A DNA stretch of 17,758 nt from Promethearchaeota archaeon (GTDB taxonomy: Archaea > Asgardarchaeota > Lokiarchaeia > Sigyniarchaeales > SOKP01). Positions 14,316 to 17,758 of the stretch are shown piece after piece. The stretch spans positions 1 through 17,758 of the forward strand of contig RDOE01000066.1 of assembly GCA_011364975.1 (NCBI GenBank). The letters run 5' to 3'. Under the pieces are notes generated by a model. The model saw only the letters and a program-made list of their open reading frames with translations. It searched no databases and was not told the origin of the DNA. Within the stretch, counting starts at the first letter, position 1. The number at the start of each line of letters is the position of its first letter. The translations under genes and the position numbers were made by a program.

Positions 14316-17012
14316 ATGACTGCTACTGAAAAAAATAAATATGTCTATGATTTTAGTGAAGGCAGTAAAGACTTAAAGAACTTATTAGGTGGAAAAGGAG
14401 CAAATCTTGGAGAAATGACCAAATTAGGACTTAACATCCCTCCAGGATTTACCATAACCACCGAGGCATGCCTTTTATATTTTAAGAATCCAGATAAAGT
14501 AATGGCCGATATTGAACCTAGGGTTCTTGAACACCTCAAGAATTTAGAACAAATTACCAAAAAGAAATTTGGTGATAAAAATAATCCCTTATTAGTGAGC
14601 GTTAGATCTGGTGCTCCGATGAGTATGCCTGGTATGATGGATACAGTATTAAATCTTGGATTGAATGATGATTCTGTGAAAGGTATGGCAGAACAAACTG
14701 AAAATCCCCGTTTTGCATATGATTCATGGCGAAGATTCATTCAAATGTTTGGAGATGTATGTATGGGAATCGGAGATGAAAAATTTGAAAGAATACTTGA
14801 TAAATACAAACGTGATATTTCAAGAAATGCTCAAGATACGGATTTAACGGTTACAGACCTTCAAAAAATAATAGCCGATTATAAAGCACTATATGAAAAG
14901 GAAATTGGATATCCATTTCCTCAAGATCCCTATAAACAGTTGTTCTTAGCAATCGAAGCTGTTTTTAAATCTTGGAATAATAAAAGAGCAATTACCTATC
15001 GGAAAATCAATAATATACCTAATTTTGGAACCGCAGTCAACATTCAGACTATGGTTTTTGGAAATAAGGGTTGGGATTCTGCTACAGGTGTAGCCTTTAC
15101 GAGAGATCCATCAACGGGGGAAAATCAAAAATTTGGAGAATATTTATCAAATGCTCAAGGAGAAGATGTAGTTGCGGGTATACGTACACCGAAAAAATTA
15201 GAAGAAATGAAGAAGGAATTTCCCAAAATATACACTCAGTTATTAAAAACGATGGATAAATTAGAAAAACACTATCGTGATATGCAAGATATTGAATTTA
15301 CCATTGAAAAAGGCATATTATATATTTTACAAACACGAAATGGTAAGCGAACTCCTTCTGCTGCTGTAAAAATAGCAGTGGATATGTTTAAAGAAGGTTT
15401 AATTTCTAAAGAAGAAGCTCTCATGAGTATTGATCCATTTAAAATTTCAAAGTTATTGTTTAAAAGTATTGATGAAAACGCTTATATTCATGTCTTAGCA
15501 ACAGGTATTAATGCTTCTCCTGGAGCTGTTTCAGGAAAAGCTATATTTGACCCGGATACCTGTGAGCAAATGGCAAATGCAGGTGAGAAAGAATTAATAT
15601 TAGTACGCCCCCAAACCAAACCCGACGATGTGCATGGATTATATGCTTCAAGTGGAGTTTTAACTCAATTTGGGGGAAAGACATCTCATGCTGCAGTAGT
15701 TGCTAGAGGAATGGGAAAACCAGCTGTAGTAGGCGCTCAGGACATTGAGATCGATGAAGAAAACAAATTATTTAGAGTGGGTGAGACGGAAGTTAAAAAT
15801 GGTGAATATATTACCATTGATGGAACAACCGGTAGAGTAATAGAAGGTAAGGTTCCCTTAATTGAACCTGAAATTAAAGGGGAGTTCTCCGAATTATTAA
15901 TTCTAGCTGATGAGTTAAAGGTTTTGGGCGTCCGTGCAAATGCAGATACTCCCACCGATGCAAAAACCGCATTAGAATTTGGTGCACAAGGAATTGGATT
16001 ATGTAGAACAGAACACATGTTTATGGCTCAAGATAGACTTCCTGTTGTACAAGCAATGATCATGGCAAGACATCAAGAAGAAAGACAAGATGCGTTAAAT
16101 AAAATCCTTCCAATGCAAAAAGGTGATTTTTATGAAATTTTTAAAATTATGGCAGGAAAACCAGTTACCATTCGATTATTAGATCCTCCTCTACATGAAT
16201 TTCTTCCAGAATTAAACACAGTGCAACTTGAATATCAAGAGCTTAAAATGACCAATGAATTAAGTAAGTCACTTTTAAATTCAAGTCCATTGGATGAAGA
16301 ACTTAAGAAAAAAAGCAAGGTTATATCTTTAATCCGTTCACTTTCTGAAGAAAATCCCATGATGGGGCTTAGGGGGTGCCGTTTGGGAATAGTCTGGCCA
16401 GAGATAAATGAAATGCAAGTTAAAGCTATTTTTCAAGCCGCTTGTGAACTTAAGCTTGAAGGAATAGAGGTTATACCGGAGGTAATGATTCCTTTAATCG
16501 GCATGATCTCGGAGTTAGAACATGTAAAAGAACAATTAGTTAATGTTGCAAGAGAGATAATTAACAGCTATAATGTTAAATTGGATTATAAATTTGGTAC
16601 TATGATCGAAATACCAAGAGCTGCTTTAACTGCAGATGAAATTGCAACCGAAGCAGAATTCTTTTCTTTTGGAACAAACGATCTTACACAAATGACATAT
16701 GGTTTTAGTCGAGATGACGCGGAATCTAAATTCCTACCAATCTATCTCAATAAAGAAATTTTGATGGAAAATCCATTTGAAACTATAGATCAAATTGGTG
16801 TAGGCAAATTAATGAAAATGGCGGTTGATGAAGGTCGAAAAACTCGACCTGACTTAAAATGCGGTATATGTGGTGAACATGGTGGTGAACCGCGTTCTAT
16901 TACTTTTGCTCATAATATTGGATTGAATTATGTATCTTGTTCTCCTTATAGAATTCCAGTAGCACGAATAGCTGCCGCACAGGCTGCTATAGAAGCTAAA
17001 AAGAAAAAATAA
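14316..17012 (+). CDS. ppdK: Pyruvate, phosphate dikinase
   Basis: LLGGKGANLGEM, PLLVSVRSGA, SMPGMMDTVLNLG, NAQGEDVVAGIRTP, phospho-His motif GGKTSHAAVVARGMG, GIGLCRTEHMF, IRLLDPPLHEFLP, FSFGTNDLTQ, GICGEHGG; 898 aa. Confidence 0.98.
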   Translation: MTATEKNKYVYDFSEGSKDLKNLLGGKGANLGEMTKLGLNIPPGFTITTEACLLYFKNPDKVMADIEPRVLEHLKNLEQITKKKFGDKNNPLLVSVRSGAPMSMPGMMDTVLNLGLNDDSVKGMAEQTENPRFAYDSWRRFIQMFGDVCMGIGDEKFERILDKYKRDISRNAQDTDLTVTDLQKIIADYKALYEKEIGYPFPQDPYKQLFLAIEAVFKSWNNKRAITYRKINNIPNFGTAVNIQTMVFGNKGWDSATGVAFTRDPSTGENQKFGEYLSNAQGEDVVAGIRTPKKLEEMKKEFPKIYTQLLKTMDKLEKHYRDMQDIEFTIEKGILYILQTRNGKRTPSAAVKIAVDMFKEGLISKEEALMSIDPFKISKLLFKSIDENAYIHVLATGINASPGAVSGKAIFDPDTCEQMANAGEKELILVRPQTKPDDVHGLYASSGVLTQFGGKTSHAAVVARGMGKPAVVGAQDIEIDEENKLFRVGETEVKNGEYITIDGTTGRVIEGKVPLIEPEIKGEFSELLILADELKVLGVRANADTPTDAKTALEFGAQGIGLCRTEHMFMAQDRLPVVQAMIMARHQEERQDALNKILPMQKGDFYEIFKIMAGKPVTIRLLDPPLHEFLPELNTVQLEYQELKMTNELSKSLLNSSPLDEELKKKSKVISLIRSLSEENPMMGLRGCRLGIVWPEINEMQVKAIFQAACELKLEGIEVIPEVMIPLIGMISELEHVKEQLVNVAREIINSYNVKLDYKFGTMIEIPRAALTADEIATEAEFFSFGTNDLTQMTYGFSRDDAESKFLPIYLNKEILMENPFETIDQIGVGKLMKMAVDEGRKTRPDLKCGICGEHGGEPRSITFAHNIGLNYVSCSPYRIPVARIAAAQAAIEAKKKK

Positions 17013-17138
17013 GGTAATCCACTACTTTTTATTAAACATTATTTCTATTTATCTATATTCACTTTCTTTGAATATTATTTTTTTTAAAGCTAAAAGAAAC
17101 TACCAAAAATTAAAAATACAAAAATCTATGTCTAACAT

Positions 17139-17552
17139 ATGGCGGAAGATAATTTTGAAGAATTAGAACATTTTCTAATGCCTTATGCAATTGGTAGGTT
17201 TGAAGAGAAGAGCGTAAAAGGACTTAAAGGCGTTTTAAAACGCATGATAACGAAGGATTTCATGGACTATTTAGCATGGGTTGTGCGAGCATTCGTAAGA
17301 TGTATTTGCACAGTCGAAGAAAGCTTACATATCAAAGAAATTTTAACTATTGTTCTCGCTGAAGCCAACCTAGCTTCAAATGCACCACCATTCATAATAA
17401 AGGTTAGTGATAACTTTTTAGATACGTTTGATAGTATCGATCTCAAAACAATGATGGAGAGCGAGGTACATCGATGGTTAGTATATCTTCAAGAAAGTTC
17501 CAAGCTTCCTGGTAAATATAATCGGTTTACAGGAAAGTATGTAAAAATGTAA
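17139..17552 (+). CDS. Hypothetical protein
   Basis: 137-aa ORF with natural, helical-looking composition; no recognisable motif. Confidence 0.7.
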   Translation: MAEDNFEELEHFLMPYAIGRFEEKSVKGLKGVLKRMITKDFMDYLAWVVRAFVRCICTVEESLHIKEILTIVLAEANLASNAPPFIIKVSDNFLDTFDSIDLKTMMESEVHRWLVYLQESSKLPGKYNRFTGKYVKM

Positions 17553-17758
17553 AAAAAACCACATTAGTATTAAAACGATGAGTCTAAATTCATTTGAGAA
17601 CTTTTTTGGACCTCAAATTACTTCTGTTTAGGCGCTAAAAAAGATATACTTTATACCTTAATATTAAAAAAGTTGGAATTTACTCTCTAATATTACATAC
17701 ATTCATTGTTAATGAAAAATATAAATATCTGTCCTATTATTCAAATTATTATTAGTTA

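Noticed and set aside
8579-16018. Short antisense or out-of-frame ORFs inside or overlapping DUF1512, the RGG gene, the hypothetical membrane gene, HAD and ppdK (including Ser/Thr/Ala-rich 10908..11198)
   Set aside because: Shadow frames; the Ser/Thr/Ala-rich ORF simply mirrors the Gly/Arg codon repeat.
17592-17618. ATTTGAG/CTCAAAT 7-bp inverted repeat after the last gene
   Set aside because: Short and AT-rich; it may be a terminator but cannot be distinguished from chance.

Overview
AT-rich archaeal chromosomal window, most consistent with an Asgard (Lokiarchaeia/Promethearchaeota-like) genome. This is inferred from the archaeal-type PheRS subunits, archaeal PPAT, DUF1512, GGTG/GAGG ribosome-binding sites and Ig-like membrane proteins; no database search was run. 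Order: a 5'-truncated Ig-like single-pass membrane protein (+); a minus-strand block of a Zn-ribbon membrane protein, PPAT, a 360-bp spacer, pheS, pheT, pheA and bacterial-type rph; then plus-strand DUF1512, an SCP2 protein, a CBS-plus-4TM protein, an RGG/aromatic-rich two-TM Zn-ribbon protein, a hypothetical membrane protein, a HAD-IIA phosphatase, ppdK and a hypothetical protein. The best candidate for an undescribed system is in the spacer upstream of pheS-pheT-pheA. It holds an unannotated 28-codon ORF (MNQKYKLVDLLELYQVSFFFNHFNLPRV) with a Phe cluster, whose last codons and stop form the 5' arm of the most GC-rich hairpin seen in the spacer. This layout matches a ribosome-mediated Phe-sensing attenuator, here in an archaeon. 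Also notable are PPAT lacking a canonical in-frame start (probable ATT initiation) and a membrane protein with a GAR-like RGG tail and an ectodomain reminiscent of eukaryotic APD1-4. No rRNA, tRNA, CRISPR array or mobile element was seen.
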